A stretch of 56,575 nt of DNA, counting the filler, from Platydemus manokwari (lineage: Eukaryota): the NCBI GenBank assembly GCA_037951405.1. It is 4 parts of 4 records of this genome, joined end to end, with 100 filler letters (N's around TTAATTAATTAA, not from the genome) between each part and the next. Parts side by side here need not be neighbours in the genome. Positions count along the whole stretch, not along the records: positions 1 to 8,909 come from JBBMOY011331761.1; positions 9,010 to 20,389 come from JBBMOY010644431.1; 2 more parts are not named here. One strand, written 5' to 3'. The notes below the pieces were generated by a model. That model searched no databases and had not been told where the DNA came from. It was given only the letters and a program-made list of their open reading frames with translations. Positions 1-14,545 of the stretch are shown here, one piece after another (position 1 is the stretch's first letter; the number at the start of each line of letters is the position of its first letter). Position numbers and translations under genes: made by a program.

Positions 1-45
1 TTATTTTTTAAGCGAGTTATAGTCTTTTAAAGTTGCTGTTAGATA

Positions 46-74
46 ACGGCCATTATTTTTGCACCAACCTAATA
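46..74 (-). mobile_element. Mariner (Hsmar1/cecropia-like) terminal inverted repeat with TA target site; the element extends off the window start
   Basis: The reverse complement reads TA-TTAGGTTGGTGCAAAAATAATGGCCG, which resembles the cecropia-subfamily TIR TTAGGTTGGTGCAAAAGTAATTGCGG. Confidence 0.7.
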
Positions 75-658
75 TAAAAGTTGTTTTAAAAATACTTCTA
101 TTTAAGAAGAACGAATCGCATATAAACAATATATGAACAAAATAATGAGAAAAAATTATTGTTAAAAATCATATAGTGCTTCATGATATTGAGTATTATT
201 AAATATAATCGTAATTATATTCATATTTTATTATCATTACGCCCTCCAATTATTTTAATTTTTGGACCTTTCTGATTTTACATAATTGATTAAATACACC
301 TTGTAAATAGTCGACAATCATTTGATAAGAGATTAATCAATTAATATTAAATTAATTTAATTGAAATTTCATGAATACCGTGAATATTCAAAAGTAAAAT
401 CAATATTACAATTGAGATATAAAATATCTTGATCCACTAGTAACAGTTCATATAAAAATATTTCCTTAATTTGGTTTGAATCTGTTCTGTTGGATTTTTG
501 ACTTTAATTTTGAGGGCTGCTTATTGGAGGATATTTATGTTGAGACTTTTATTATTGTAAGAATTTTAATTGAATTAATTTTTCAAATGATTTGATTCAG
601 ATTTTTTAAAAAATTATATTAATTTGTTTATATAATTGTATTTAAATATATAATTTGA

Positions 659-717
659 TGTCGAGTGTTTTCAGTTCGTTTTTATAGTGTGGTTTTTAAA
701 ATAATAGCGGCTTACAT
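659..717 (+). repeat. Dispersed repeat with an LTR-end-like terminus (...GCGGCTTACA); second copy at about 16662-16719
   Basis: TTTTCAGTTCGTTTTTATAGTGTGGTTTTTAAAATAATAGCGGCTTACA compared with TTTTCAGTTGGTTTTTAATGTGTGGTTTTTAAAATAGTAGCGGTTTACA. Confidence 0.6.
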
Positions 718-3700
718 TAACTATTACCATTATTATTGTTAGCTGAGTTTATTTTATTAAATACGATTTTAAAATGATTTTGCAAAGTCAACTAAAAAAG
801 TATATTTAATTAAAATATTTCAAAAAATTTCACTAAGTTATTTTTATCATTTCTTTTATTTAAAATTATTAAAAATTATTTTTAAAAGTTGTGAAATCAT
901 AACACTTATAACAAATTATATATAAATATAAATATATAAAGATCATAGAAATGAATTATTGTTATGACATTCTAATGAATGTCGCTGACCGGATCGCCAT
1001 AATAGTATTTAATTTTCCATTATTTCATATATTCAACAGTATCAGACTTACCATGCCATAACCGCGACGTCAATGGATTCATCAATCTGAACAGTGTTAT
1101 TGTATCTCGATTTTATATTAAATAACCTTTTTATCAAAATCATAAATTAACTTTAAATTTTCTATTAAACTATTATAATGAAACCATTGTTTTAATATTC
1201 TACATAAAAATTGATAATTTGTAAATGATGTTATCATGGCGTCATAATAAAATTAAAAATGACATTATGAGAATTTGTTATGGAATTATTATATTTAATA
1301 ATTTAATTATCGAAGTATAATAGTTTATTAATTGAAGACAAAATGACATTTCGAAAGATGATATCACTGCATTTATTCCAAAATATCAATTATAAATTTC
1401 TATAATTACAGTTAATTACCATTTTGTTAACTTGGCGATTTAGCTTAGAGTCTTTAACGACTGTCTTATCATTGAAATATCACTTGTTTCCATATTTCTG
1501 ACTTCCATAGGCGATATGACTTTTCTCCATAGAATAAACATCGTTTTCTTCGACTCATTTCGATAATTCTAATGATATTTAAATTACCGGTGGACTCATT
1601 TTTCAATTAACATGATCAATATATTTCACAAAATGTCCCGGTTTAAACTTGTTTTTTCCTTAAATATGTTTCAACTCCAAATTTATAATGTACAATATTC
1701 AGTTAACTTTTCTTCAAATGTTTAAACAAGACAGAAAGTATTAACTTATAAATAAATTTCAAAATGTTAACTTGTGAAACCAAATATAGCAGACTTTAAT
1801 TAAAATTAAGATAACCGAAAAAAATTCAGTTTCTAAGAACATAAAATTTTGAAAACAATTTATTTTAATAACTCCATTTTGACTTCAGTTGTTTAGATTA
1901 GTGATATTTTGTAAACTAATAATTTACTTATAACAATAAGTAGTTTCACTATGTGATTTTAAATAAAATTTTCTAACTTAGTGATACCAACCAAACCGAC
2001 AGAGTTGGCAAACACAAGCAAAGCAAATCAAATGAATTCACAAAATTCCAGTCGAAATTATTCATATTATCGTTTTTCTCATTATTTTGTTTGGATATTA
2101 TTAATTATTATTGTTCAAAGAATTTTTAATTGAATCATGAAAAATGAAATATTTTTTATCAAGAATTGCATAACTAGAAATTTATTTGAATTATTTTATT
2201 GTGGAAATAAACATTTTATTTTTGTATCAACTCATTTATTTGGATTGTAATTAATTTTCCCTATATATATGTTTTCGAGGAACAATGGGTTTGTGTTATT
2301 ATTTTGTAGATATTGTGACAGATATTGTATTCGTTGATATCGTTATGTTAATTTAAACTAGGAAATTGAAAGAAAAATGCTACTTAATAAGTCATTGTTT
2401 GACTGAAACTTTGAGACTGAATTTGAGTTATATTTATCAATACTACTTACTACCTCAATTAAAAAAAATATTTGGATCAATTAATTTTTACAAATAAACT
2501 TTAAATCTGATTTTCAATTATAAAATTTTTATTAATTAGAAATAAAATTTTAAAATTAATTCTAAAGAATAATTTCGATAAAAGATAATATTTCACTTTT
2601 ATCAAATATCAGTTCATTTTGTAACAATTCTAAGCTATTGCGAGTTGAATTTTAAAGTCGAGTAGTTTTCACGGTTGTTTAGCATACAAATTGAATATTT
2701 TTTCTAATTCGGAATTTAGTTTTATAAAGACTTTATACTGTATTTTTGATCAAATAATACTTTTAAACCATTATTATTACATTTTGTTAATACTTCGTTA
2801 TCTATATTGTTTCAATTGATATCCGAAGTACCAGATTGGTATCGAAATAGAAGAAATATTAATTTTTTTCAGTTGGCAGCTTTGTTTTAAACAAGGATAG
2901 CAAATTTTATATTTCTCCAAACCTTAAATTTTAGCACCGAATTTTATTAATAATGCTGTGCCCCTAGAAAAAATGATTATACTTTTAATCTTCTATTTCT
3001 ATCTCACCTTTACCCAAATTGGTGAGTTCACCTTTGTCAACTGAGTCAAAAACGATAAGAAACAAAATTATCGATGGGATTATCTAGATGGTTTGAACAA
3101 CAAAACGCGGATCTCTAAAAAATCTAACATTGTTTATTATAAAGTCAGATCTCGAACAGAAGCACCAGGCTTTAGTGATCAGTAAACTCCTAATCTTTAA
3201 TTATACTTCTTGCGATTATCCTGGCAACCAGTCCTTTATTTTCGGTAATTTCTGTCATTGTTAATATCTTTTCAATGCTTATTCCAGTATGGTTTGATAT
3301 TTGGCTTTGTTAATTTTTGATTTTTTTTTACCATTTTCACTATTTAACATCGACAATCTTATTGAATTTGGACTAGCTGTTATTTTACAACAAAACTGAA
3401 TAACATTGAGTATTCAGCGTTAGTAACTAATCTAACACACCTATTAATCTACATGTGTTCATTTCCAGTTTAATTTTATAAAATAATTATTCTCTTTATT
3501 TTAATAATTGCATCACTAATTTCAAATAATCGGGTTTTCTTAAATTATTATTTTCCTTTAGTTTAGTCGATTGTTTTTTTTTTGCACGATTTAAAAAATT
3601 TATACCAATTTACCAGTCTATTTTATAATTTAATAATTTAACTCCTAATATTTCTGCTGTTTTACTCACCTAATTAATTAAATTAATATTTTGCGCATCT

Positions 3701-4399
3701 ATGTTCGCTTATTTGACATATAAAGTCTGAAATTATCTTAATCGGAAACATTTTTGTTCGATCAATTCACACAAATTGGTTTAAATATTTCAATTCCACA
3801 ATCAAAGATTCCATTGTAAAACCAATTGAATGTCTAAGTCTATGGTAGATTTATGGTCAGAAGTCTGTAATAATTGCTCGACTTGTTACTGATATGTTTA
3901 ATACTTTGGTTTAGATTCACTTTCGGTCACATTAGTAAAGTTGATTGTTCCAGTTCTATAGTTAATAGCTAATTTTATTCCCTTGGATAAGATGACTATC
4001 ATTTTTCCCTGATAAAGCTTTGAACAACTGCACAGGTTGCTAAGGAGTACTTTGTAGAAATTCATTATAATTTTTTAAGTTTCAGAGAGTTTAACCTATT
4101 TATTTGAACAACTGGTTCTCAGAATCTTATAAATTTTTTATACCGGGTTTGTGATTATTAACAGGAGTTAAATGGAAGAGGTTTACGAACCAAATTCACG
4201 GAAAATATGATTTGCAAAATTATGTGATAGATAAAGGAATAACATAGCCTTTTGCTAAAATAGAAAATTCCTTAAGTTAGATAAAAATTAGTTTTGTTTT
4301 AATATTGAAAGAAAAGCGTATGATTTTTCAATAAATAAATTATAATGGAACAACTGATGTTTTTATTCCTTGTAATACTCATTTTGCGTATTTTAAAGA

Positions 4400-4680
4400 A
4401 TAATTTGCTATTAATAAGCTTCAAGAAGTAAGATCTCCTTAATAACTTTCAAATCATACTTTATTAATCTTAGTCTCAATTCTTTTTATTGATTTAGATT
4501 TGGATTAAAATTTTCCTTTAGATGGTCTCCCTTGCTTTTTCTCTTTATTTCTCACGAACTCAGAACTTTAGCTATAATATCGAAGGTCAATTTGGGTCCA
4601 AAATTTTCTATACATTGTTATTCACAAATCATATTTAGTTTTCTCCAGCCATTCAAAGTTTTCATCCAATTTTCTTAGTT
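4400..4680 (-). mobile_element. Possible Transib-like transposase N-terminal remnant
   Basis: A decayed frame reads DENFEWLEK...KQGRPSKGKF*SKSKSIKR, resembling the WL...GRPxKxF..S.R.KR motif of Transib transposases. It has several stops. Confidence 0.25.
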
Positions 4681-7600
4681 TAAATTGACTATTATAAACG
4701 AATTTCATGAGAATAAGAATTTTTCCTAATCTTTAGAGAAAGATATTTTGGAAATAACAATCATTATAAAAGACACAATATTTTTTATTTATATTGAAAT
4801 TTTCATATCTTTGCGTGCTTAGTACGAAATCGAAGATAACCCTATCATTACAAATCCCGAATATTGAGTAAAATTATGATGTAATGAGGCCAAAAACTAT
4901 CCAAAGTCAAATCAATTCAACAAATGTCGAATGATAACTTCGATAAAAATAGTGGGCAAACTATATCCTGAATAATATATAAATAATATTAAAGTAGGTC
5001 TCGTTGTAAGGGCCATAAAATACACATTTGTTACAGCTCTTATTTTTAAACAATCACAATTTCTAGTGTGTTATGAGTTGAGTTTTATTGAGGTTTAGCG
5101 CTTGAGAATTTTAACAATCCAAATAATAGAGCCCTTTCATAATACTCTCAGTTTATCAGAACTTTACAAACCACGAGTCCCCCATAATACTCTCAAACAT
5201 TTCATTCTTCATAACTTCCCAATTGCTGTAATTACATTTTGATTCAAACTCATCTTATCACTATCGATTGTTATAAAGAACGCAGTTCGCATTTAATAAT
5301 TCATGTTATTCAGATAATTGTCAATCAGTAACGTTCATTCAGTACTGAATTTATGGTGAAAACATTATTATAATTAATCTATTTATATTAGTGAATAATA
5401 AATGAAAGCAATTCGGAGAAAAAATGATATAAAAGCGTAAAAAAGAATTAAATTTTTAACAAAACGAATGAAAAAACCCTAATTCGACCAAGTTGAAACA
5501 AAAGATAACCCTATAATTTAGAGTAAAAATATCTATAGTTATGGATTGAAAAGAAGTCCTGAGAGGTCTTAATCAATTAATATTTTTATCCACTATGAAC
5601 CCCAGGATAGAAAGAGGATAAATAGTAATCTAGAATATACTAATAAACTAGTATGTTAAGAGTTTTAACGAATAAAAAGGAAAAGCTACAAGACAGCAGG
5701 TAAACATTCATCACAATTCCATAAAAGGAGGTTATTCACCTCAGCAATTTCCTGTCTTTCGTGGTCAGTGACTTTCTATCAATCTTATTTTCTTTGTGTG
5801 ATCATTATTCTAACCAAACCTTTGTGGTTGTTATTTCTGTCGTTGTTTTATCCTTTGGTAGGTGGCCCCATGATACTATACAAATCTATAAAAATATCAC
5901 TGATCAGTAAATTGTTATATCAATAAACTATAATAATGTAACAAAAAGTTCTTGAAATAAAGGAAAATGTTGTTGGTTGAACACTTATCATTATGAAATT
6001 GGCAATGAATCAACACAAACAAAACATAACTTTGCACAGGTTCGAATCTAGAAATTTATATGGTAGCTTATTTAGAATTGTAGACACTCAGTGATGACAC
6101 TAAACGATAGATCATTTTGGAATTTATTTGAAATTTGCTACAGAATGTGTTCTCCAATTATTGAGTAAGATATGCCTTCTTTGTGTCTCTAAAATTAAAT
6201 CTCAGGTTTACTTCTCATTGAAATTGTGCTCAAGTAATATCTATGCTTATAATGGCCTGCAGATTGTTACATAAAAATTTGTTAAAAATAACAGTTAGCG
6301 CTAATTTTTATATACATCCACTTTCATTCCGTGTTTATTTGTATTATCAGATCTCAGGTTTTTTGAAAAGTTTCGATTTAACTAACATTGATTCGATCGG
6401 TCTTCTTTGAGATTTATAATGTTGAATTTTATATGGTTAGGCTATATAATGCATCATATTCGATCTTCGTCATTCATTTCATATTATGCATATTATACCC
6501 GGATAATCAATGTATTTAAGTTTATAAAACATATTTCATTTAAATACATTAGTTATCGGGGTATAATATTCATGTCTTTATACCTGTTTAGTGTTTATCT
6601 CTTAAAAATATAAGTCTTTCGAATGTATAATCAATACTGATTCACCTAGCTTTTCTAAAACTTTATATTATGATCAATAAGTTCCCATAGAATACATTAT
6701 TAACTCAAATTATATGGAAGAATTTCCGAAATTAAATTAGTTTAAAAACATTTTAAAATAATTCATGAATTAAATTCAAATGAAATTATTAATTATTCAA
6801 TTTTCTAGTTAAAAAAAATTTAATATAATTAAAACTATGAAATCTAATAGTTAAACCAACTGTACAAATTAAATCACGCACTAATTGAACATTGAAAATT
6901 TTCTTTTTAAAATTCCTGGGTTTCAAATATTTTTCATCGTCAATATATTTTTGCTATTAAAAATATAGTCAAACGTCGTAATTTAGTCGCAAAACATTGT
7001 GATTTTGAAAAATTGTTATTTATTATTTATCTTATAAAGTATTCTCGTAATATTTGCTAATTAATTTTGTTCTCACCAACTTTATTTAAAACATGCCTAA
7101 GAGTGATAATTTTTGTTAAATTTATTAAAATAAACTACGCACATTCTATTATATCAGAAAAAAATATGTGTATTAAAATCTGACTGTTTGTCTATTTAAA
7201 TCTTGAATGCACTTATTTTAAAGAATATTAATGAAATTTTAATTTAATATTAGTTGTTTAAGTTGTGTAATTTAATTGTAGATAAATTATAAGATTTTGA
7301 TATTAATTATTTGGTAATAAAAAGTCAGTTAACGATAACGAACAATTTCTTGATCTAACCCATCTACTAGTTATTTTTACTAATATTTAATAATTTTAAA
7401 AAATGAGTTGATGATACTTTTTATATGTTTTCGATGTTAAATTAATTTAATAGATGAGATAAAACACATTAAATCACGATATTTGTTTGACGTCAAATTT
7501 ATGAATTTGACGCACTAGGTGCTCCTTTAAAATTAGGTGAAGAATATCATTGAGATACAATTAACAAACATCGTTTATGTTGTTTAAGAAGTTTCTGGTA

Positions 7601-8909
7601 TTGATTAGGTTAATAATATCAACTAATTTGATGTTTATTATTACCCGTTTGGGCTACATTAATGTTAGCAAAAAGCAAATATAAAATTCATCACTTAGGA
7701 ATCTATTTTAGAATTTGATAACAATAATAATGCTCTTTGGATTAATTTATCAGGACATTGAAGTGATGCATGTATATAATTCAATAATAGGATTGGAATG
7801 TTCCATGACAAATTTTATTTAAAATGTTGGAATTATGAAAAAATAATTAAATTGAACCAATTTTCTGACATTGTGTATCAATTTTATTATTCTATCTGAC
7901 AACACGTGTTGTTAACATTCGCGATATGTATCAATTTTTATAATATTCTTTTTATCTTGAATTTGACGAATGTTTAATTTTTATGATATGACAATTCCTG
8001 GAAACCATTAATAAAATCAATTTATTAAATTGATATTTATAAAATAAATATTATATATTTATAATAAATATTTAATGATCAAAATAATAATATCTGAAAA
8101 GCCCATTAAATTATCCTTTATAATAAATTTATCATAACCTGTAACATATATTCACGCAATAATATTGACGAATAAATTGTCACCTATCGCGGTCAATAAA
8201 TAAATGGAGTGAATAAAATAACTATTCAATTACATTTAATCAGAAAAATGTCTGCGGATGATTCATCGCTACATATATAAGGTAGCAATCACAGTTCTTG
8301 CATGCGTCATTGTTATATATGAAGTCAGGCACGATTTTCAATTAAATACAGCACGAAAGAGGATCATTCTCTATCGAATTAAATATATACCCAAACAGTA
8401 ACTCAACAGTAAGATACATTTCAATAAAATACTGATCCATATCACGCACCGTTATATCTCTTAATAAAAAGCGTTGCCTTGACATCTTATAGGCTTAGCT
8501 CCAAGAATTTAGAGTTAGTTAACTGTCAGCTTCATCCAAGAATTTTTAGGATTCGTCATAAAATTTATTCTATGTGTAGCATTAAAATCATCTTTTGACT
8601 TTTTATTTTATTTTCTTTTACTAGTTAAGTTGTATCATAGTTATTTAGTAATTAACATTTATAGCTTTAGTTATTGATTAAACATGGATCACAGATTATT
8701 AATCATTATCATTAAAATAAAATGCACAAACCGAGACTGATATTTGAGATATATAACTTGTGTCAAACATATTGTCTTCATACAATTAAGTTGTACGGGG
8801 TTAAAAATCGAATAACAATAAGGTTCATTACGTCTGTGTCATTAATCAAGAACTCATTGATACTGATTAATACAATATTGATATCAAATATAAATACGAT
8901 TGATAATAA

Positions 8910-9009
8910 NNNNNNNNNNNNNNNNNNNNNNNNNNNNNNNNNNNNNNNNNNNNTTAATTAATTAANNNNNNNNNNNNNNNNNNNNNNNNNNNNNNNNNNN
9001 NNNNNNNNN
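8910..9009. other. Scaffold gap with artificial six-frame-stop linker (N44-TTAATTAATTAA-N44)
   Basis: The same 100-bp construct occurs at 20390-20489 and 34772-34871. Confidence 0.95.
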
Positions 9010-9477
9010 ATAATATAAACAATAGTAATGATTGTAATTAAGATCAAGAATGATTTAAATATTCAGAAATATCAGATCTGATAACACAAAATTAAATGAT
9101 TTTGCTTACCATGGTATGAGATCCTGCTTTGAACTTAGTTTCGGCGGATGATTAAAATACAATATGGCCATGCAATCCCCTATCAAATATAAATTGATAT
9201 TGATATATCTAATGACAACGTGTCACCTAATAATGCGTTCAATAACTTCAATAGTTTATCAATTCAAATCACGAAAAACAACTGCAAGAATAAAACAAAA
9301 ATAATATTTAATGATTTGTAGTTGGCTCCCAAAGATGCTTGAATCTCATTACAATTTGAGAGATTGGCTCTGGATTGAAAAGATTTGAATAAAAATTTCA
9401 AATTTAATGATCTAATTTTTTAATGAAAAACACTGCACAGATATTTGTGATCCACATATTTGTGGAATGTGGGTGAA

Positions 9478-9913
9478 TGTCGTAACGATGGCTTATTCGT
9501 GAACATATTTGAGGATAAATTATAGCTGCAATATTCTGATAATTCTCTTTTCGACTTCATCAATACTGAGATGAGTTTCTGTTTTTGTTTATTCCGTCTA
9601 CTACTTGTTTTTGTAAATACATTATTATTATAGTATTATTATAATTATATTACTATTAAATAAAAATGATTTCATTGTTTTTATTGGTTCTTTAGTTAAT
9701 TATTGATTGGTGGTTAGTTAAGTTTAAGTATTCTTATTATCGTTTGCTTTTAGTTATTACTAGTCCTAAGGGGCTTCAACCACGTTATTGGTAAATATAC
9801 TGACACCATCTAAAGGCTGTGAAAGCTAACTAAGACTTGCTAATGTTAATTATCTAAGTTAAATGATAAAAAGGCTAGCTTGTGCTTTGACAATAGCTCT
9901 AGAATTATAATAT
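9478..9913. repeat. Solo-LTR-like dispersed repeat, a diverged copy of 26050-26547
   Basis: Shared blocks are TAACGAT near the start, ATCTAAAGG..AAAGCTAA, and TCTA(G/A)AATTATAA at the end. The termini are TG...CA-like. Confidence 0.45.
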
Positions 9914-12217
9914 CAATTAATACATGTTTTTTCCGCGATCTCTATAATTAACTTAGAACGCTCAAGTTTATTTTTAAAAGATTTTATTTATAAAATAAAA
10001 TGTTAACAATATCGAAAATATAACAATCGAAAATTTATGCAATGCTCAGCGCGTCACGAAAGTGAGATGCTGAAGAATCCGAAAGCGGATGGAGAAGAGA
10101 TCAGTTATATAGAAGATGTTAATTACGGCAAATACAACTTTTTTATTTAATGATTTATTAAATGAACATGAACTTGAATTCTAAAAAATTATCCTTACTC
10201 CGTTCAAGTTGAGAAAATCCTTTAAATTAGAAAAATATCCGCTTGCACAAAATATGATCATTGAATGTCGAATATGAACCACTAGAGCTGTCTGATTTAA
10301 TCCAAGAATGTCCTTAATCCGACTGTCGCTTAGAATTTTTTGGTGTGTCTGGATAAACTATTGCATATGTATCTATAGTGATCCAAACTCCCAACCACAT
10401 GTTCTTTCTGATCATTTGTTAATTAATTGCATGTATTTTCTTAATATGCTATTCTATCTTCGTGTAATCTTCAATGGGCATTTTTTTTAATTTCCTCATT
10501 TAATTTGTCTTATTACCTTTATTTGTACTAATAATTTTATTTATTCTTTTATATTATTATTAATTATAATTATTTAATCCTTTTTATTTAATTTTATTAC
10601 TAATTGTTATTTTATTTATATTGCCGTATTAATTATTAGGACCTCTTACTCCTTATAAACATAATCAATGAAAATAATCAATAAAAATATTAATAAAGTA
10701 TTGTTAATTATTAAAATCGTATAACAGTGAATTAAACAACAAATTGGTAACCAATAATACAGAGAATTGTCAATTTCTATTTAATGCATCATCTATCATT
10801 GATAAAGGCTCAAAAATCAGTATTAAATTCAAATTTCTCAATCACCTGGTCCGCACATATCTTCCTCCACATCCATTGTCAGAGATTAGAGATTGTGTTG
10901 TTATGCACATTACTGCATGATGTGCTATTGTATTGAATGAAATTATATTTCGAGTGGATACTATTTACAAACATGTTGATAAAATGTTGGTGGGTGAGAG
11001 ATCCCAACATTACATTATCATATTATATATTATATAATATAAATTATTATAGATCTCCTATAGGACAACACAATAGTGAAATCGATTCGTGAAAAATTAA
11101 AAAAAAATAAAGCAAGTTTATAATTAATTAATAATATCAATGTATCGATTTAGACGAAATATAATCATATAGGAATTCAAGGAAATAATTATAAAGATTA
11201 TTATTATTAATATTAATAGTAAATAATAGTATTATTATTGTCTGGGAAAATTAATATAACAGCTTTTATGTCTTCAACCAAATCTTAATCTTGAAAATCA
11301 AATTTTAAACAAATATTCTTGCTTCTAATATTGGCAGCCATTATTGGTAACATTATTTAATATATCGATTACTCACGCTTGTTATGAAAATCACAATGGA
11401 CCAAATAATCGAAGGAATTTGTCAGAGTTATAAGAGATTGCTGATTGAACTATTGAGAATTTCAAATAGCTTATCGAACAATAGATTGGTTATGATTATT
11501 TCATTTACAATCATCACTCATCAATTAATAATGGGAAACTGTTTGCACTGCATGTGGATTACACAACATCACGCGTACATTCATAGCCTATATTGTTTCA
11601 AGTTGTCACGCCTTATTAAATTTCCAATGTTTTTCTCTTGGCTAAATTGATCTCATTACAAAATTCGTATAAAAATGTTGATGGGGAACAAGTTTGTAAA
11701 CACAATTCACTGTTTTCATTTTGGCTTTCATTTCTTCATAACTACCAGAAAGCCGAAGAACTAGTGATGAGAATCGATAATTGAAATCTGAGCCAAAAAG
11801 AGAAGATTCATTTTATCAATTCAGATCAATGGCATATCATATTGCTCATCAATTCAATCCAAGCCAATCCAGTCGAAACTTCAATCGCACATTTATAATT
11901 GGTCACGTTTAAGCAATGTTTTTTACAGTAAATACTAGTGTCACTGGAAAAGTATGCCTTTACGAAACTAAATATTTTCAGATTAAATGAGAGAACCTGC
12001 TTGAATGATGCCGTATAAGGGGTTTATTTTAAAAAAATGAATTTCATAAAATATACCACTGTGATTAAGTATAATTGAGAATTTTAAATTCACATTTATG
12101 GGTTTATCGATTCGTAAGTTTGGCACTATATGACAAATATCATGTCGATATCTTCATTGGTTAAAGGGTTACACTTATTATTATCAGAACAAAAGTAATT
12201 TTTTTTCCATTTTGACA

Positions 12218-12778
12218 ATGTCTCATTTAGTTGAGCAAAGAAGTTCCATTAAAATTTATTCGTGGTATGAAATTTCTGTTACAGAAACGACAAAGATAGA
12301 CCAGAAGACTTTCGGTGACCAGACTGTGTCGAGAACAAAAGCAAAAAATCAAAACAATGATCATGTTTTCATCAATTATGCCTGTGTTAATGCGTAACAA
12401 ATTTCTTCAGCTGAACCAAAAATTTAATAAGGAAAAGCAATCAGGTGTTAGGGGATGTTTACGTGAAACCATTGATCTCAAGGAATCAGAATTATGGGCA
12501 GACATCTTTTGGTTTTTGCACAATAAAAGTACACTGTCTCATACCGTACTGGTTCATTAAGACATTTTGATCAAATTATATTCGTATCTCAAGACAACCA
12601 ATGATTTCATCAAATTTATCAGCGTGTCACTTATAGCTATTCATCGTTTTACCTGGAATGATGAGATAAAAACCAAATCGAAGAAGATATTGACAGCTAT
12701 TCCGGAAATGGGCTATAACAAGTGCTTCTAGAATTGAAAAATATGTTAGATTAAAATTACTGCATCAATAAACGGGCA
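12218..12778 (+). mobile_element. Internally deleted, decayed mariner transposase
   Basis: MSHLVEQRSSIKI...ISVTET..QKTFGDQTVSRT matches the mariner HTH start. KIKTMIMF...LRETIDLKESELWADIFWFLHNKSTLSHT resembles RPELWADNSWFLHHDNAPSHT. EIKTKSKKILTAIPEMGYNKCF matches the C-terminus. The remnant runs into an N gap. Confidence 0.8.
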
Positions 12779-12937
12779 NNNNNNNNNNNNNNNNNNNNNN
12801 NNNNNNNNNNNNNNNNNNNNNNNNNNNNNNNNNNNNNNNNNNNNNNNNNNNNNNNNNNNNNNNNNNNNNNNNNNNNNNNNNNNNNNNNNNNNNNNNNNNN
12901 NNNNNNNNNNNNNNNNNNNNNNNNNNNNNNNNNNNNN
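12779..12937. other. Assembly gap (N run)
   Basis: Run of N. Confidence 0.99.
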
Positions 12938-13631
12938 AACTCTTTCATTTTTCAATTTCTTTTTAGTTAAATATTTTCCTTATCGCTTATTTCACTTATT
13001 TTCATTCACTTTTATGTACCTTTATTCTTTGTTAGATTTATTGAAATCTGAATTAGAGGAAATCAATAAAATCTACTTCTGATATTCGATGATATTCATG
13101 TGATAATCTTTAAAGAGAAAAATAAAAATCGACTAATTTCTTGGCTAAAGTAGGAAATGCTTCTTGTCGATTGATGTCTGTCATTATTGTCTGGAGAAAA
13201 CAATTATTATTATTCATCATAGTATTCAATACCATATCAAATATTTTATCACACATCTATAATTATCTTTCAATAAATATCACCATCGATTATATGATGT
13301 ATTTCATATTTGAAATATTCGGTTTAGTTTTGTGATTAAATATTATGAAAAGTGTCGACTATAATGACATTGATGTCGCCGATATTATTCATAACACTGA
13401 CTCATTGAATTGAAGATTTGGATTCGATTTAACATTTTCAACAACTTGATAATGTTTTATTTCATCACACAACATTAGCTGGCAATTTTTCCAATCATAT
13501 TTTGATTCATCAATGAATTGATATTCTAAAACGATATATAAAGCATCTGAATAAAATGACAAAAAAGAAAAATACAAATCGAGATTAACAATATATATTA
13601 TTGTGACCAAATATCATGGCTATCACAATTT

Positions 13632-14545
13632 TCATGATAAATTTGAGGCAGTTTTATTTTTCGGTGATGATGGTGCAGATCGATGTCCATGATCTCCAGA
13701 ACTATCAGTTCTTGAGGTATCAGAAGTAGAAATGATTAAACTGGGATTGGTATTTGTCCGTACTTGGTTCAGTTTGGAAACTGTTGTAACCTTTGGTAAC
13801 AGACCAGGAATGTAAGAAACTCTCAAATTAGCCGATTGTTGTTCGTTTGAAACTGAATTTGTATGGGACAATCTTCCAGTTAATGATGGAGAAATATTAA
13901 GTTGGTTCATCAAGTTATGAAAGATCTCAGAACGCAAAAATCGCTGATATGAATCTTTCTCCATCAGGGCTTGAATCTTTTTCTGGGATTGATCGAAGGT
14001 CTGTCTGGTAGCGTGGACAATATCTGATGCTGTTTGAATTCTCGTCACGGAATCGAGATTTATCTGAATACACTGGCATTAATAAAATTAACTTGTAAAC
14101 CACAACACTTCTTTAGGTGATTGTTCTGCTACAAAATCTTCATAAATCTGTGTGGCTTTCTCTTGCAATTTTTTCGGACAATGAATAGATCTATATGCTT
14201 GACATTCTGACCAAAACTCTAGATTTTCATCGCTAAATTCTGATCTCAGAAACTCTAAAAATAGAGTAATTCCATCTAAAAACGGATTTAATTATCTTCT
14301 ATTCATATTTATTATTTGTTTTACGTTGATCGTAGAGAATATTTTCAAACGATTGGCTCCATGATAGGACTTGCTCTCTTGTTGGGCAACCGTTGGTGGT
14401 TTTCCAGACATTATCAAGATTGACCATAAAATTGGGACTAACAAGATTCGATCTGTTTGTTGTTGATGAACTTGAAGTAGGAAGTAGATTATTTTCTCCT
14501 TGCTGCTTACGAAAGAAATTAAGTTTCTCCCGCATGTCGACACCG
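13632..14545 (-). CDS. Regulator of G-protein signalling (RGS domain, R4/RGS3-like). Exons 14545(ATG 14535)-14325, 14275-14109, 14063-13632; further 5' exons are possible
   Basis: The spliced product is PTREQVLSWSQSFENILYDQHGITLFLEFLRSEFSDENLEFWSECQAY...ATQIYEDFVAEQSPKE|INLDSVTR...TFDQSQKKIQALMEKDSYQRFLRS. Introns of 49 and 45 nt are GT-AG and in phase. A DMREKLNFF motif sits just after a TTTTGTAG acceptor. Confidence 0.93.

Noticed and set aside
8954-8965. TTAATTAATTAA palindrome repeated three times (also 20434 and 34816)
   Set aside because: It is always centred in N44...N44, so it is an artificial scaffolding linker with stops in all frames. Adjacency across these joins is not guaranteed.
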